DNA from: Neocallimastix sp. 'constans'
Lineage: Eukaryota
NCBI GenBank assembly: GCA_050613775.1
Contig: JBODTK010000159.1
Coordinates: 186,001-250,000 of the forward strand
DNA: 64,000 nucleotides
Direction of reading: 5' to 3'
Below the pieces are notes generated by a model. The model was given only the letters and a program-made list of their open reading frames with translations, was not told where the DNA came from and searched no databases. Position numbers and translations under genes: made by a program. Positions within the stretch are counted from its first letter, which is position 1; each line of letters starts with the position of its first letter. This document shows, piece by piece, positions 49,326 to 63,887 of the stretch.

Positions 49326-51239
49326 ATTTCGTTGTTGTCATTAGTAGTGCAATTGTTATTGTTATCATAATTAATAATATAATATTAATATTATCAGTGT
49401 TAACTTAACGTGAATTATTAGTATATATATATTTATATTATGTGTCATGTTACACTAATGTGTCATGTGATCTAAGCCACATTTATATGCCTATAAATAT
49501 GGTGTAAAGAAATTTTATTGTACATTAGTTCTTAAAAGCACTCTGTGCCTTAAGTGCTCACTTTTTATCTTAATAAATAATTATAACAGAATTATTATTA
49601 ATTTATAGTTTTATTCTAAAAAATATCTAGAAGATTCTTTATAGTTCAAGAAATTACTGGAATTTCTTGATAATTCTTGTGTTTAATTAATTAAAATTTA
49701 TTCTATTATATTCTTAATTCTATTATTTTCTATTTTTTCTAAATTTTTCGATTTTTAAGAACTTTTTAGAAAACTTTTATTTTTATTTTTTAATAACTTT
49801 AACTATTGAAAAAAAAATATAAATATGAGTAAAATTCTTATTAAAAAATATTCTTTTCTTTATGTTTTTTATTTTAATTTTTTAATAAACTTTTTTAAAT
49901 ATTAATACTATATCAACCTTTGCGGTTTATAGTATTATAATAAATATAAATAATAAAATATTTAAAAAGAAAAAAAAAAAAAAATTTTTTTTATTTTTTT
50001 GAGTGTTATTATATTTATTATAATATTTTGTTATAATAATGAATAAAAGTTGATATAAAACCTAAACCCAACTATAACTAAAGTTATCAGATTAAGAGTC
50101 TCAACTGCTCCTAATGAACTCTAAGCTGCTCGTATAGGACTCCTTATGAAATATCGAAAGAACCCGTAGTCTGATATGAAAAGAAATATGAATACCGAAA
50201 AATTGAGTCAAAGCCGTGTAACATTTAATGAAAAATCTGAAAATTTTTTAGAAATAATAAAAAGATAAAAACATTAATGAAGATAAAGATATCAAAGATT
50301 TTATTAATAAAAGAGAAAAAAAAGAAGACCTTATTTATAGTGAATATAATGAAAATGGTGATACTAAACAATTGGAAAAATTAAACTGGTTAATAAAATT
50401 TGAGGCTAAAGAAAATTACAAACGTTATGATGAATTCACATATGCTGTAGTGTTATATACAGCCTTCACTAAGAATAGTGCACTTATAAATGATTACCTT
50501 AGATACAATAGAATTAATGAGAATCAATATAATTTTATTGAAAAGGATATAAAATCATGGATATATATTTTATTGTAACGATATCTTTATATCTTTAATA
50601 AATTTATGTAATACATTATTCCATTAATTTGGGGAGAGCGCGTTTCGGAACCGCACGTGAATAAATATAAGCCACATATTTTGAGATGGCGTATTATATA
50701 AATTTTTTTATATAAATAAATAATTAAATAATAATTAAATAAATATTTTATTATATAATAATTTCATAATTTAATATATATTTGATAATAAAAAATAAAA
50801 AAATAAAAAAATAAAAAAATAAAAAAAATAAAAAAAATAAATATTTGATAATAAAAAATAAAAAATATATATATTTGATAATAAAAAATAAAAAAATAAA
50901 AAAATAAAAAAAATAAAAAAATAAAAAAATAAAAAAAATAAAAAAATAAAAAAATAAAAAAAATAAAAAAATAAAAAAATAAAAAAAATAAAAAAATAAA
51001 AAAAATAAAAAAATAAAAAAATAAAAAAAATAAAAAAAATAAATATTTGATAATAAAAAATAAAAAATATATATATTTGATAATAAAAAATAAAAAAATA
51101 AAAAAATAAAAAAAATAAAAAAATAAAAAAATAAAAATAATAAAAAAATAAAAAAATTTAAAAAAATAAAATACAAAAAAAATAAAATAAAATATTTTCA
51201 TAAATAAACAAGTATATGATTTACTGAACTACATTTTGA

Positions 51240-54200
51240 TATTTTAAATTTATTTTTAATTAGTTCAACAGTGGAGTTTATTTCATTATTTAAGCCTGTA
51301 ATAAGCATATCATCTACATATAATGCAACAATACAAGTAGTTTCTTTTTGAGAGTTTGATTTTGAAAATAAACATTGTTCACTTTTTTAGTTGAGTAAAA
51401 CCTATATTCTTCAAAAAATTAGAGATTGTTATATTCCACATTCTTCCTGCTTGTTTCAATCCATATAAAGCCTTGTTCAGTTTCCAAAAACCGTTTTTAT
51501 AGTTTGGATCTCCTTCTGGAATTGTCATATAGATTTCTTCATTAAGAGGAGCATTTAGATATGCAGCTTCAATGTCTAATTGTTGGATATTCCATTTTTG
51601 TAAAACAGATAATGTGGGAGAGTATGTCTTGTCATAATCAATTCCTTCAATTTGTTTAAATCCTTTGATCACTAGTCTAGCCTTGTAATTTTCAAGTTCT
51701 CCTTTATCGTTATATTTTTTTGTGAATACCCATTTATATTCAATAGGTTTTCTTCCTTAAGGTAGCTTTTTTACTAAGGACATGGTTTCGTTGTTGTAGA
51801 GGTTTTCAAGTTCGTTTGATATTGCTTCTATCCATTTATCCTTTTCATCACTAGTTACTGCTTCTAGGAATGTTTGTGGAGTATCTAAATCAATACTATT
51901 TATTTGTTTATTTATTTCATTGCTTGTTTGATTTGTTTCATTTTCAATATTAACAATTTCATTTGATTTGTTTATCAATTTGTTTTATAGGAATGTGATT
52001 ATTGTTTAATGTTTGTCTTCCTAAATTAATTAATTTAATTCTTTGTTTCTTATAAATATTATGATCTGTACAGGAGTTACTCTCTCTCTTCCTTTTTTTT
52101 AATAAATAATTAGAATTAACAATTGCAATGTATTTTGGAGTAGTTTTTGATGCTTCATTATTTTGTGTTTTTATTTTCTCTAAAATTTTTGAGATTTTTG
52201 ATTTTTGAATTCTAATCCTTTTTAATTTTTCTTTCAAAATTTTTCTTTTGTTAATGATAATCACTTTAGAAGGCGTTTTTTCTCGCGGGGGTTCCCCAAA
52301 ATGGCTCGCTGGACGAGCTGTGAGGCGACTGCACAACGATACCGACGACATCGGATCAGTTCCGCGGGTTGTCGTCTCACGCATTTCCTTTTTTCAAAAA
52401 TTTTGAGGTATTAATTGTGGTTTGATTTTTAATTTTCCTATTTTGATTAATGTTTAGAGGCGTATATGAATTATTTGAATTTGTTGCTTGAACTTTAATA
52501 ATTATCTTTTTATTATTTTTATTTAACAGTGGTGCATTTGATACATTCTTTGAATTATTTTGATAATTAATATTAGAAGTATTTATTGATTTTAAATTAT
52601 TATTTGTATTGAAATTATTTTTTGAGGAGTTATTATCATTATTTGAAAATATATTTGATTTTATATTTTTGTAAATTTCTTATAAAAGTTCTTCATTGCT
52701 ATATTTATTTTTAATAAAATCGTTTAAATTTTTTGTTGCTTGTTTTAATTGTTTATTAACAATTAAAGCTATTATCATTAAATTTATTATTTTTGTAATT
52801 ATTAATGATATCATTATGCTTTAAATTATATGGCTTAATATCTAATTTCATTTTATTGACAATATTTGAGTTACTGTTAAATTTATATTTTATTTTATTT
52901 AAATTATTCGTTAAATTGTAATTTTGAGATATTTGATTTAATTATTGAATTATTTGAATTCTTATTTGAAATATTGTTTGAGTTATTATTTGAAATATCG
53001 TTTGAGTTATTATCTAAAATATTATTTGAATTATTGTTAGAAATATTTGATTCATAAGTGTCGTTGTAAATTTTATTATTATTTGATGAGTTATTATTAT
53101 TGTTTTGAGGATTCTCATGAGAATCTTCACTTGTATAGTTACTGTTGTTGAAATTTGAAGTATTATTATTATTGAAATTTTGTTGAATTAAAAGTACATT
53201 TTGATTGTTGTTGCTTTGGTGATGAACATTTGAATTATTATCATTTAATTCATTTTCTAAATCTTCGTCTTCATCTTCTTTTGTGTTAAGTTCTTCAGGT
53301 GTGTAGTTTTCTTTATAATTTGTTTTTTTATTAAAATTAAAGTTTCCAGGAATATCTTCTTCGAATACGGCATCACGAACAATATGAATTTTGTAATCAT
53401 TAGTTCCAAAAATAACATATCCTGGAGAATGTTCATCATACCCTAAGAAAATTCCAGGTAATGTGTTATTATCAAATTTTGAATTTTTAAGAGAAGCATC
53501 TATATAGTAGTATGCTTTGCATCCGAAAACACGAAGATTGTCAATGTTCACTTCTTTATGGAGGTATAATTCATCAGGAATTTTGAAAATTATTGCCGTT
53601 CTTGGAGTCATGTTGTATATTTTTACTGCGGTTCTTACAGCATCTTCCCAGAAATGGTAGCTTAACTTTGCTTGATTTAATAATGCTTTTGTAGCATTTA
53701 TTATTGTTCCATTTAATCTTTCAGCTCTTCCGTTGCTTTGTGGGTTTCTTGGAAAAATAAGATTTCTTTGTATACCTGCTTTGTTACAGATATCTATGAA
53801 TTTCCTTGAAGTATTTTCTTTTCCATTGTCACTTTGTATTTTGGTTATTGTTAAATTTGATTCGTTTGTTACCATACGTATGAAATTTTCAAAAATTTCT
53901 GGAACTTCCGATTTTCTTTTCAGTAGATATATCCAACCTTTTCTTGTGAAGTCATCAAGGAAAGTTAAAATGTATTTGAAATTATTCCTTGATTCTTTAA
54001 GAGGTCCTATAATGTCCGAATGAATTAGTTCCAACGGCCTTGTGCTTCTTGCATTTAAGGTTTTTCTGAAAGGCTTTTTCTTCAGCTTTGATATTTTACA
54101 GTCAATACAGAGAGTTTTGTTAATAGTATGGCCATTTAAGAATTTAATAAGATTATTATTATAGAAATGGTATAGTCTTTTATGCCATATACTTAAGGAG

Positions 54201-56690
54201 TATTGGTCTAAATTGTTACTTTGTAAACTATATATTGTTTTATGATTTTCTTGTTTACTATTAACATAAATATTACAAATTTTAATTGAGTTTTCTTTTT
54301 CTATACATAAAAGTTGACCATTTAATTTCGCTAATCTAAAGTATGCATTGTTATCAATAATGATAACATCAGCTAAGTATTGTCTTTTAAGATCGTTAAA
54401 TGATATTAATGTTTAATTTTCATTAATATCTTCTGAATATAATACAATTTTTATTATGAAGTAAATATTATTGATGTATCCCGTAAGATCTCCAATTTTT
54501 GAAACTCGTACTATTTCTTTTTCCTTTGTTGGTAGTATCATATTGGTATGATAATCTCTAACATTACATAGATTTTTAAGTGATCCCGTGATATTTGAAG
54601 ATGCTCCAGAATCTATGGATATTACATAACCCTTATTATAATCTGGATGACATTTATGATTGTTAATGAATTCATATATAGTTTTTCTATTTAGGTCATT
54701 TGTAATTATGTATGGAATCATAGGTGGGAGTGGACTATCATGAGGTTTTACTAATTTATTGATACCAATAAGGTTTAATTCTAGATTATTATTATTTTCT
54801 ACGTTATTGATTATTGTATCACGTGATTCCATAAAATTATTTGATATATTTGATTTATGTTCATCATAAATTGATTCATTTGAAATATTATAGTTGATTG
54901 GATTTGTTTTAGGTTTGTTATAGTCCCCTAAATAATTGATTATTAAATCATTTGGTATATAGGGGTTGTTCATTGGTAGTTCAGGAGACATGTCATATGG
55001 ATTTTCTCCATCTAGTCAGATATTCTTCTCATGGGTTTCTTGAGATTCATCATAATCACTGAGTGCATCAATGATTTCAAGGTTGTTGATTGTATCTTTG
55101 GCTAGATTAATGTTGCTGAACTTTCTTACTATTTCTTTAATTTTATTATTAGGGTTCTTTGCGTTAAAGTAGCAATTTCTAGTAAAATGGTCATGTTTGT
55201 CACAGATTGAACAGTACCTTTAGTTATTTCTTTTGGTTTTGTTTCTGTTAATTTTATTGTTTTTCTGGTTTCTTCTTCTCCGGTTATTATTGTTGTAATT
55301 ATTATTATAATTATTGTTAGAGTTGTTATAATTATTGTGATAGTTATTATTTCTAGAACTATTTTGGGAATGATTTTGACTCGCATTTTTTATAAATGAA
55401 ATTTCTTCCACTGGTTTTGGGTCTTCTGCGTTTAAAGTTCTTTTGGCTACGGTTCTGATTTCATTAGCAATCTCTTTGTAAAGATGTGATTATCCCAATC
55501 ACATTTTAAATTAAAAATTTTTCTTGTGTAATTCAAAAATGTAAATTATTCTTTGATTTATAAAATAATAAGCAAAGTAAATAAATCATATGAACTTAAT
55601 TTTTGAATTATATTCTTTAAGCCACAAGATAAATCTTTAATGTAGTAATTTTTATAAAATTTAATTCTGAGAAAATTATTGTAAAATAATTTAAATGAAT
55701 TAATTAAAGTTTAAAACAAAATAAATTAATAATTTATTTTGTGAAAATTAAGTTTCAAAATTTAATCATGACTCCTTTAACATTGTTTTTAAATCGAAAA
55801 TAAATAAAGACTTTACTTATAATATTAAAATAATAAATAGATAATAAATGTACTTAATTTTAATTATTTAGTATTTAGTTTAATTAATAATTATATTTTT
55901 CTAAATTTAGTTATAGTTTATAAATTTATTATTTAACAAAATTCATTAGGATAGTTTTATATTAAAATATATGTAATTTAAATAAAATAATATATTATCA
56001 ATGTATTTAGGAAAAGTATAAATAGAAGATACTTTTCACATTTTTTCTCGATGTAATTGTTATTTAACAAACAACTATTAAATATTAATAAAATATATTT
56101 TTAATAAAAATATTTTTTTTAAATAAAATTTTATTGTATTCTTTTGTTATTGTAATCTATTTTAGTATTTTCTTTTACACTCTTGAAGATTGTCTTTATA
56201 ATTAAATTTAATGTAGTTTGTATATTCTCCTGGGAGTCCCTTCAGGAGTAATTTGAATTTTTCATCTTCGTCTATTTTTTTTCCTAATTCTTGGAGTAGA
56301 TTACAAAGATGTTCGAATTCCGTTGTAAATTCAATGACTTCTTTGTACGTTTTGGCTCTTAAATTTTTTAAGCGGTCATATAGATCTGGAACCTTGTTGT
56401 TATTTATAATATTGTATTCGCTTTCCAGATATTTATACATGTCGTAGGCTGATTTTAAGCGAAGGCCTATCAACATGGCCTTGGTTTCTTTGGAAACGGA
56501 GCATAAAATTTGTTGGCGAGCTGTACCGTCCTTTTCTTTAGTAAGAGAAATTGAATTTTCAATATTCTTCTTATTTTCTTTTTTAGATTTAAGTTTATCA
56601 TATAGTTCATTTAATTCTTTGTAGGCGTCGAATTGGATGCATTTGTCTATATGACTTATTTCAAGATAATTGAATATATGTAAATTAAAT
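51240..56690 (-). mobile_element. Decayed Ty1/Copia element (gag, CCHC, protease, integrase, partial RT) with a nested insertion
   Basis: gag 56162-56476; CSICDKHDHFTRNC (~55170-55215); IDSGASSNITG; IWHKRLYHF; integrase LIHSDIIGP...SDNGKE...PQSNGRAER (52904-54034); RT YKARLVIKGFKQIEGIDY...QLDIEAAYLNA...LNKALYGLKQAGRMW. IN-before-RT order indicates Copia. LTRs not identified. Confidence 0.88.
55486..56185. mobile_element. 700-bp AT-rich non-coding insertion in Copia gag with 5-bp target duplication (solo-LTR or MITE-like)
   Basis: AAGAT flanks it at 55481-85 and 56186-90. Removing the insert and one copy restores the gag frame KDNLYKEIANEIR. Confidence 0.65.
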
Positions 56691-59600
56691 TAATTTAATA
56701 TATTAGAATATAATTAAGAAAAAATATAAATATTGAAAATTTTCTTTAATTGAAAGAACGTAATTGTTATTAACGATTTTATAGTTCATAACATAATAAG
56801 AACTATTTAATAGAAGAATTTTCATAAAATGATTATATTTAATAAAAGAATTTATTTTATAATGAATGTTTTGTATTATTATAATCTGTTTTGATATAAA
56901 ACTCTTTATAACTGTAAAGATATTAATAGCTTGAGCTGTCATCCCCGTGAACAAGAAGTCTTATTAACACCATTTTGTTTATTCAAAATTACAAAAATAG
57001 ATAGAAAGAATAAAATTTGTTATTTAGATTGTCTAGGTTACGATAAAAAACATAATAAAAAGCAATTGTAATTGTCCATCTGGTAAAATAATTAATACAG
57101 ATAACACTATTAGTATTTCCAGTAACACAAATACAACTGATATTTATAATAGTGTTAATACAGTCAATACTGATTTTTGTGATTGTGATGACTTATATTA
57201 TGATTATCCCACAGATTACAAAGAAGAGCAAGAAATAGAAATTAATGAAGAAGAAAAAGATCAGGAAGAAGATAATGATGATGTAAAGATATAATAAAAT
57301 CTTTTTAATAAATAATTATTACATAATTAATTAATGCAATAAAATTACATAAATTTATGATTTACGTACATGAAAATTAATTATAAATTTATGTAAATTT
57401 TTCATAAAGGATTAACTATTATTAAAATAATTTTGGATAATAAATTTAATTTGAATAATTTATTTAAGTTAGTTTATTTAATTTAGTTATTTTATTTAAC
57501 TTATTTAATTTAGTTTAGTTAGTTTAAAATACTTTAAAATTAATTTCGGAATAGTTTTAAATAGTTAAAATTAGTTTAAATAGTTTGTAAAAATAGTTTT
57601 GAATTGTAAATATATAAACATTAGTATTAATAATATTTAAATAATAAATAAATAATAAATGAGTTCTTATTGAATTCAATTATTATTGTAAATAAGTTGA
57701 AAGTTTATTGAATTAATTATTGTTTAGTTTTAGTTAATTATTATTTAATAAAATTATTAATAAATATTTTGTTTATAAATAAATAATAATATATGTATAT
57801 TAAATAGGATTGATATATTAAAATGTAATCATGAAAAAATATAAATACATGTAAAATTCATTATTTAAATCGATGTATTAGTTATTGACTATCAAAAAGT
57901 TAATAACGATAAGAGATTTATTTTTAAAATTAATAAAAGATTATTTATTAAAAAAGAATTTTTTTATTACGTGTTGTAAACTGTTTTGTGTATTTTGTTA
58001 TTTGTAATCTGTTTCTTCTAAACTCTTTACAATAATCATTCAATTCAATCAACAATCGTTATATTACTATAGCAAGAATATATTAAATCAAATCAACTTG
58101 TACATATATATATATTCAATAAAATATATCAACTTATGAAAAAGTAAGCATCAAATGCTTTATATATGAGAAAATCATTATTAAGATAGAGAATTATTCA
58201 CTATATCAACTATTTATATTCAAACATTTTATAAGAAATTATTTATATTAAAAATAAACAAAATTTAAATATTAACAATTTTGAAATTTACAATTACTAA
58301 AAGATTTATATAAAAGTTTAATTCTACACATTAACTTTTATTCGTGGCATAAAACTTTACTATAATCTTAAATTTTCACAATTCATAGAAATAAATATAT
58401 AGTTTATCAATAATATAAAAGAGAAGAAGATAGAAAATTTATTATTTTAGAAGCACAGAATATACAATATTCATGATATAATTTAAATTAACATAAATCA
58501 CATATGAGAAAATATAAAACCCTCTAATTACAACAATTTACTCAATAAATAATTCAATCAATTATTTTCAATTATCCTATCCTTTTTTTAACACTTCAGA
58601 ATTAATTTTTTCATTTACACACATTAATTCAAAACATTCTTGTACAATGGTCAACCACAAAGCATCTATATGAAGTATACAGTTTAAACGCATATTTATA
58701 ATTCAAAAGCGTATTTATACATATTACTATTTATTCGAATATATTTAATAATAGTTACTGCTTAACTCCAAAGCTGATATTCGAAAGAGGAAGTCATATT
58801 TATGATAGAAATGCTTAGCGTGAAATGAGCATATTCTACAATATTATTTAATAATTAAATACCTAGAGTGAAATGGGTATATTCAATAATATTTATATCA
58901 TAGTATAACTTAGCGCGAAATGAGTTTTTACCATAGATACTACTGATTTAAGAGATGGTGTAATACCTTCATATACTAGTAAGGATTCCATCCACAATGG
59001 TATAACACTTTCATAGAAAAGGCTCCATTGTTATAAAGATGACATTGATTCATCATTTATATATATTTTATTCAACATTCTAGTACGAAATGTTATAACT
59101 CCGACTTATACAAGCGGATGATAGACTCCTCATATTAACATACATATATTATTAATGTATATTAGCCGATCTATTGGTAAGATATTCCAATTAGCAAAGA
59201 TCTAAGATTATGATACATTTAATCATAACAATACTTCAATTTATCACTCAAATAGTTTTGAAACTTATTTCACGTTTTATATATAAATATGTGGCTTTAG
59301 CTATTTTGTGCTACAAAATATTATTTTATTGTATTATTTTGTTACTTTAATTTTTAAATTAATTATTTATATTTATAATATTTCATTAAATAATAATTAT
59401 TAATTTTTATAAAATACTTTACATAAAATTTCATTGAATTATTTTAATCTCAAGAACAACTAATTTAATAGTTAATTATAACTAAAATAGCATAAAAAAT
59501 AAAAACATTCTCTCTGAATTTAAGAAAAGTATGTAAGAAAGTTGAGAAAGTTGTTAGATAGTTTTAAATGTGTAGTCAAATATAATTATTTTGCTTGAAT

Positions 59601-60258
59601 AAATATAAGTAATCTCAATAATAAAATTAAATAAATAAATAAATAATACTCTAATAAATAAATAAATAATACTCTAATAAATAAATAAATAAATAAATAA
59701 ATAATACTCTAATAAATAAATAAATAAATAAATAATACTCTAATTAATTTAAATAAATAACTCGTAACCTCGAACCTTAGCTTATTTATAATATCATTAT
59801 TAATGAAATCTATTCATTAAATTACAAATAAAAATCTTATTAAATAAGGTTTATAATTAATTTTTTTTTATAAATATAAAAAATTTTTATTCGTACTAAT
59901 ATAAAAAATATCCAAAAAAAAAAAAAAAATTATTTGAATGTAGTACAAATATTATTATTATTAGATGATTATTATAATTTAATCATTATTTTATTTTATT
60001 TTATTTTATAAATATAAACTCCTTTTTTTTTTTTTTTTTTTATAGAATCAAATTATCAAAATATAAAAAAATGCATAACAATTAAATAATTGATATTTAA
60101 ATTTATTCAATTTTATTTATTTTATTTTATAGAGTTATATATTATTAAATGTAATTTATGTTTTAACTCTATATAAATTACAATGAATAATATATAACTC
60201 TATATTATTTATTATATGCATACTAAACTATTTAATATTATTTAAAAGATTTAATTAT

Positions 60259-61075
60259 TTAGAGAGTATGACAACATCTTGTTTTAAAGCAACAAAATAT
60301 ACATAATAAAATTAGCAAAATTATAATAATTTTAATGGCAAGAAATATTTTACTATAAGTATGATAAGTTTGGTCAGCAAAACTTATATAATCAACACAT
60401 ACATCTTTATCAAAATGACAATATCCCGTAAAGCAGTCTTCATTTTTCTTGCAATAAGCATATAATGGTACACCACATCTTACATTTGTTTCATTAAAAT
60501 TAAGATGACAATATTTAACAGGATTATTTCTTTCAAATATGCAATGACCTCTTACGCATTTCTCGCTAAAACAATCTGAATCTTTTGAACAATTCGCATA
60601 GGGTACATCAAGTTCTTCTCCTGTTATTTTTTCAAAATATTTTTCATCATAACCGTCCGATTCAATTATCTCATTTTCATTTGCTAATTCATAATGTGTG
60701 TTATTTGTGAGTTGACCACATGCACCAATTAAAGAATCAACTCCATAACATTTATTGCCTCTACAATAGTAATACGAATATGGAAATAAATCAGGAGGAT
60801 ATTTTGAACTTTTATTGCTTTCAAGTTATAATAAATTTTTTTAATTTAAAAATATTTTTTTAAATTTAGATTTTATGTTTAAAATTATTTTATAAAATAG
60901 ATATGTATGATTTATTTAATTTTTAATTTATCTTTAATTTTATATTATACTTCAATATAATATCAGACGCAATATCACTAACTGGTTCATAGTAACAGTA
61001 ACCTTCACATAATTGATAAAGAGTAGTTAATATTATATTTATGCTTAAAATAGAAATAAATGAGAATTTATTCAT
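60259..61075 (-). CDS. Cysteine-rich single-pass membrane protein (signal-peptide exon plus ~190-aa exon); possibly a pseudogene
   Basis: Exon 1 MNKFSFISILSINIILTTLYQLCEG. Exon 2 (~60826-60259) is stop-free with CSKDSDCFSEKCVRGHC, CKKNEDCFTGYC, TM IFLAIKIIIILLILLCIFCC and a stop at 60259. No clean in-phase splice junction was found. Confidence 0.65.
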
Positions 61076-61458
61076 TTTATAATTTATTATTTATTATTTT
61101 ATTATTTATTAATATTTAAAAAACCATTTATTTTATTATTTTATTTTTAAAAAATATTTATGCTTAAAATATAAATAAATGAGAATTTATTCATTTTATA
61201 ATTTATTATTTATTATTTTATTATTTATTAATGTTTAAAAAACCTTTTTATTTTATTATTTTATTTTTAAAAAAATTTTTTTTCTTTTTTTTTTAATTTC
61301 TATTGTAGATTTTCTTTTTATTTATTTTTTTGTATTTTGTATTTTGTATTTTCTATTTTTAATTTTTAAATTTTTTATTTTTTTATTTTTTTATTTTTTT
61401 ACGAATTTTTTTATTTTATAAGAAATTTTTTATTTGTTTTAAATCCTGAAATTATTAA

Positions 61459-61578
<120 letters not shown>

Positions 61579-62782
61579 AAAATTGATTGGTTGAAAATAT
61601 TAAAATTAAAATTTTATATTTTAAAATTAATTATATTTTAATATAAAATTAAATAAAAAATAATATATTTTTATGTATTTCTAATAGTTAAAAAAAATAT
61701 TATATAATATTAATTAGAATATTATTTATTTCTTGCTACTTTTAAAATATGTATAAATAAAATTATAAAAGCTTTAATATGTTAAGGAATGAATTAATAT
61801 AATTATTTAATACACAATAAGGGAGGATTTTTATTTCTGGCTAAAATGACAGCTTGGATGATACTATTATTAAAGAGTCTTAAATTTTCAAGTTATACTA
61901 CCCTAACATAGTTGTATTGGTATGAGCAAGAGGTTTTCTATTATGAAATTCCAACATCTTCATGTGACCCCTATATATAGTCTATATAAAGAAGAATTCA
62001 AGATTCAATAAAATTATAAATTAAAAAATATAAAATGAATAGGGTTTAAAAAAAATATTTTAATAAAATACATAATAAAATTAAATGTAATATTAAAATA
62101 TTATATATATATATAATAAATTTAAGATATAAATTTAATTGTGTAAAGTAATAATGGCATTATTCATATCAATATAAAACTTTATATTCGAGAATATCTT
62201 GTTTATATATAATATATGAAATAAAATAACATGATTGTATAATTTTTAAGCCCTTTCTAATGAATATTATATAAGTATATCTTGTTTATATATAATATAT
62301 GAAATTAAATAATATGATTGTATAATTTTTAAGCCCTTTCTAATAATAAATATTTATCCAATCATTCAATATATATATAAATTTGATGTTTTTTCATAAT
62401 ATATTAAAAGAGTGAAAAGTTTCTTATATATATAATTGTAGTAAATATATAACTCCAAGATTACACAAATATAAAAATAAATAATCAATAATCCTTTTTG
62501 GAATAAATTATATAAGCCATATTATTAATACAATATGACATTTAATATGATTAACAATGAATATTATATCCAATCATTTAATATATATATATATAAATTT
62601 GATATTTTTTTCATAATATATAAAAAGAGTGAAAAATCACTTCCATAATGGTAGTATTTAGCTATATTATTAATTAATTAATTAATTAAATAAAAGTAAG
62701 TAAATAAGTAAATAAATTGATTGGTTGAACTAATATTAAAAGCAAGTATAATAATTTCATTATTTGATTTATAATAAAAAAT

Positions 62783-63887
62783 ATGCTATTAACATTAATT
62801 TATTTAATTTTTATAAATATAATTGGAGCAAAAAATATTGAACCAATATGTAAAAAGCATTATACTGTAGATTCCGAACGTAGTTGTTTTGAAATAACTA
62901 ATAATGCAGGAATTGAAAATTTAAAATTTTTTAATTTAAATCCAAGCATTGATTGCAGTAATGTTATTAAAAATACATTTTGTATAGATGGCATTTACAA
63001 AAATAACAATAATTAAAATAATGAATTCGATTACAAAGCAATCCTCGTAAATTCAACTTTGAATGATATTTTTAATTTTTATGGTAAAAAATCATATTCA
63101 AAATTCAATAAAATTTATGAATTAGTAGACAGTCTAATTGTAAATGAAAATGAAAAATTTAATTATAATCAATGTGCTAATAATTGTGAGAATGGACAGT
63201 CCTACTATGAAAAAATTTTGAATGATCATAATAATCCATATAATTTTAAGACAATAAAAGAAATTAATACATATTATGGCTTAACTACAGATACATTGAT
63301 CAAAGATCCTTATCACTCTTACATTAAGTAAGTTAATATATATATATAATGATGTCTAAATTAAATTATAAATTAATTTTTTTTTATGAAATAGCTTTTG
63401 TAAAAGTGTTCAATTATTAGAAAGAAAAGAAGTTGAAAATGATAAAAAGAATGAATATAATCAAGAAAAAGAAAATAATAGTACAATTCAAGAAGTCAAT
63501 ATTGATAAAAGAGGAGGAATTAGAAAATCTGCTATATCCTCCAATTATCAAGAACCGTATTTACAATATCTACGTTCTCATTACGGTCCTGATAAAACTA
63601 CTGTATTATATAATGAATATCAAGTAATAACCAGGGTAAAACAAGAATATAGACGTGATGAATCATTAACTTTTGAAGATGGAGTAAATCATCCATTTCT
63701 TTATAGAGTTTATCAGTTAACCGATGGTTGTAGTCATAATTTTTTAAGAGTTAATGAAAAAGAAGTTAGAAATGTTGTAGATGCTGCATGTAATAGACAT
63801 GATGTCTGCTATTTTCGTGAAAACAGCAAAGATAGATGTGATGATCTCTTATTGAACGGATTTCATAAAACTAACGATAACATTTAA
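62783..63887 (+). pseudogene. Secreted LysM plus microbial-type phospholipase A2 domain gene with one in-frame stop
   Basis: Signal peptide, then a fungal Cys-flanked LysM (CKKHYTV...SCFEI...FFNLNPSIDC...FCI). TAA at 63014-16 with the same frame continuing. GT-AG intron 63328-63394. The last exon has DKR then DGCS...DAACNRHDVCY...KDRCD. Confidence 0.7.

Noticed and set aside
46810..50700. Additional LTRs or solo LTRs (~46.8-47.2 kb, ~49.4-49.6 kb) and a gag-like fragment at 50372-50578
   Set aside because: LTR-like composition and TATA motifs, but no paired repeat, TSD or diagnostic motif could be fixed.
56950..59350. Degenerate element or gene fragments at 57-59.3 kb
   Set aside because: Slightly GC-richer patches with no sustained frame or recognisable motif.
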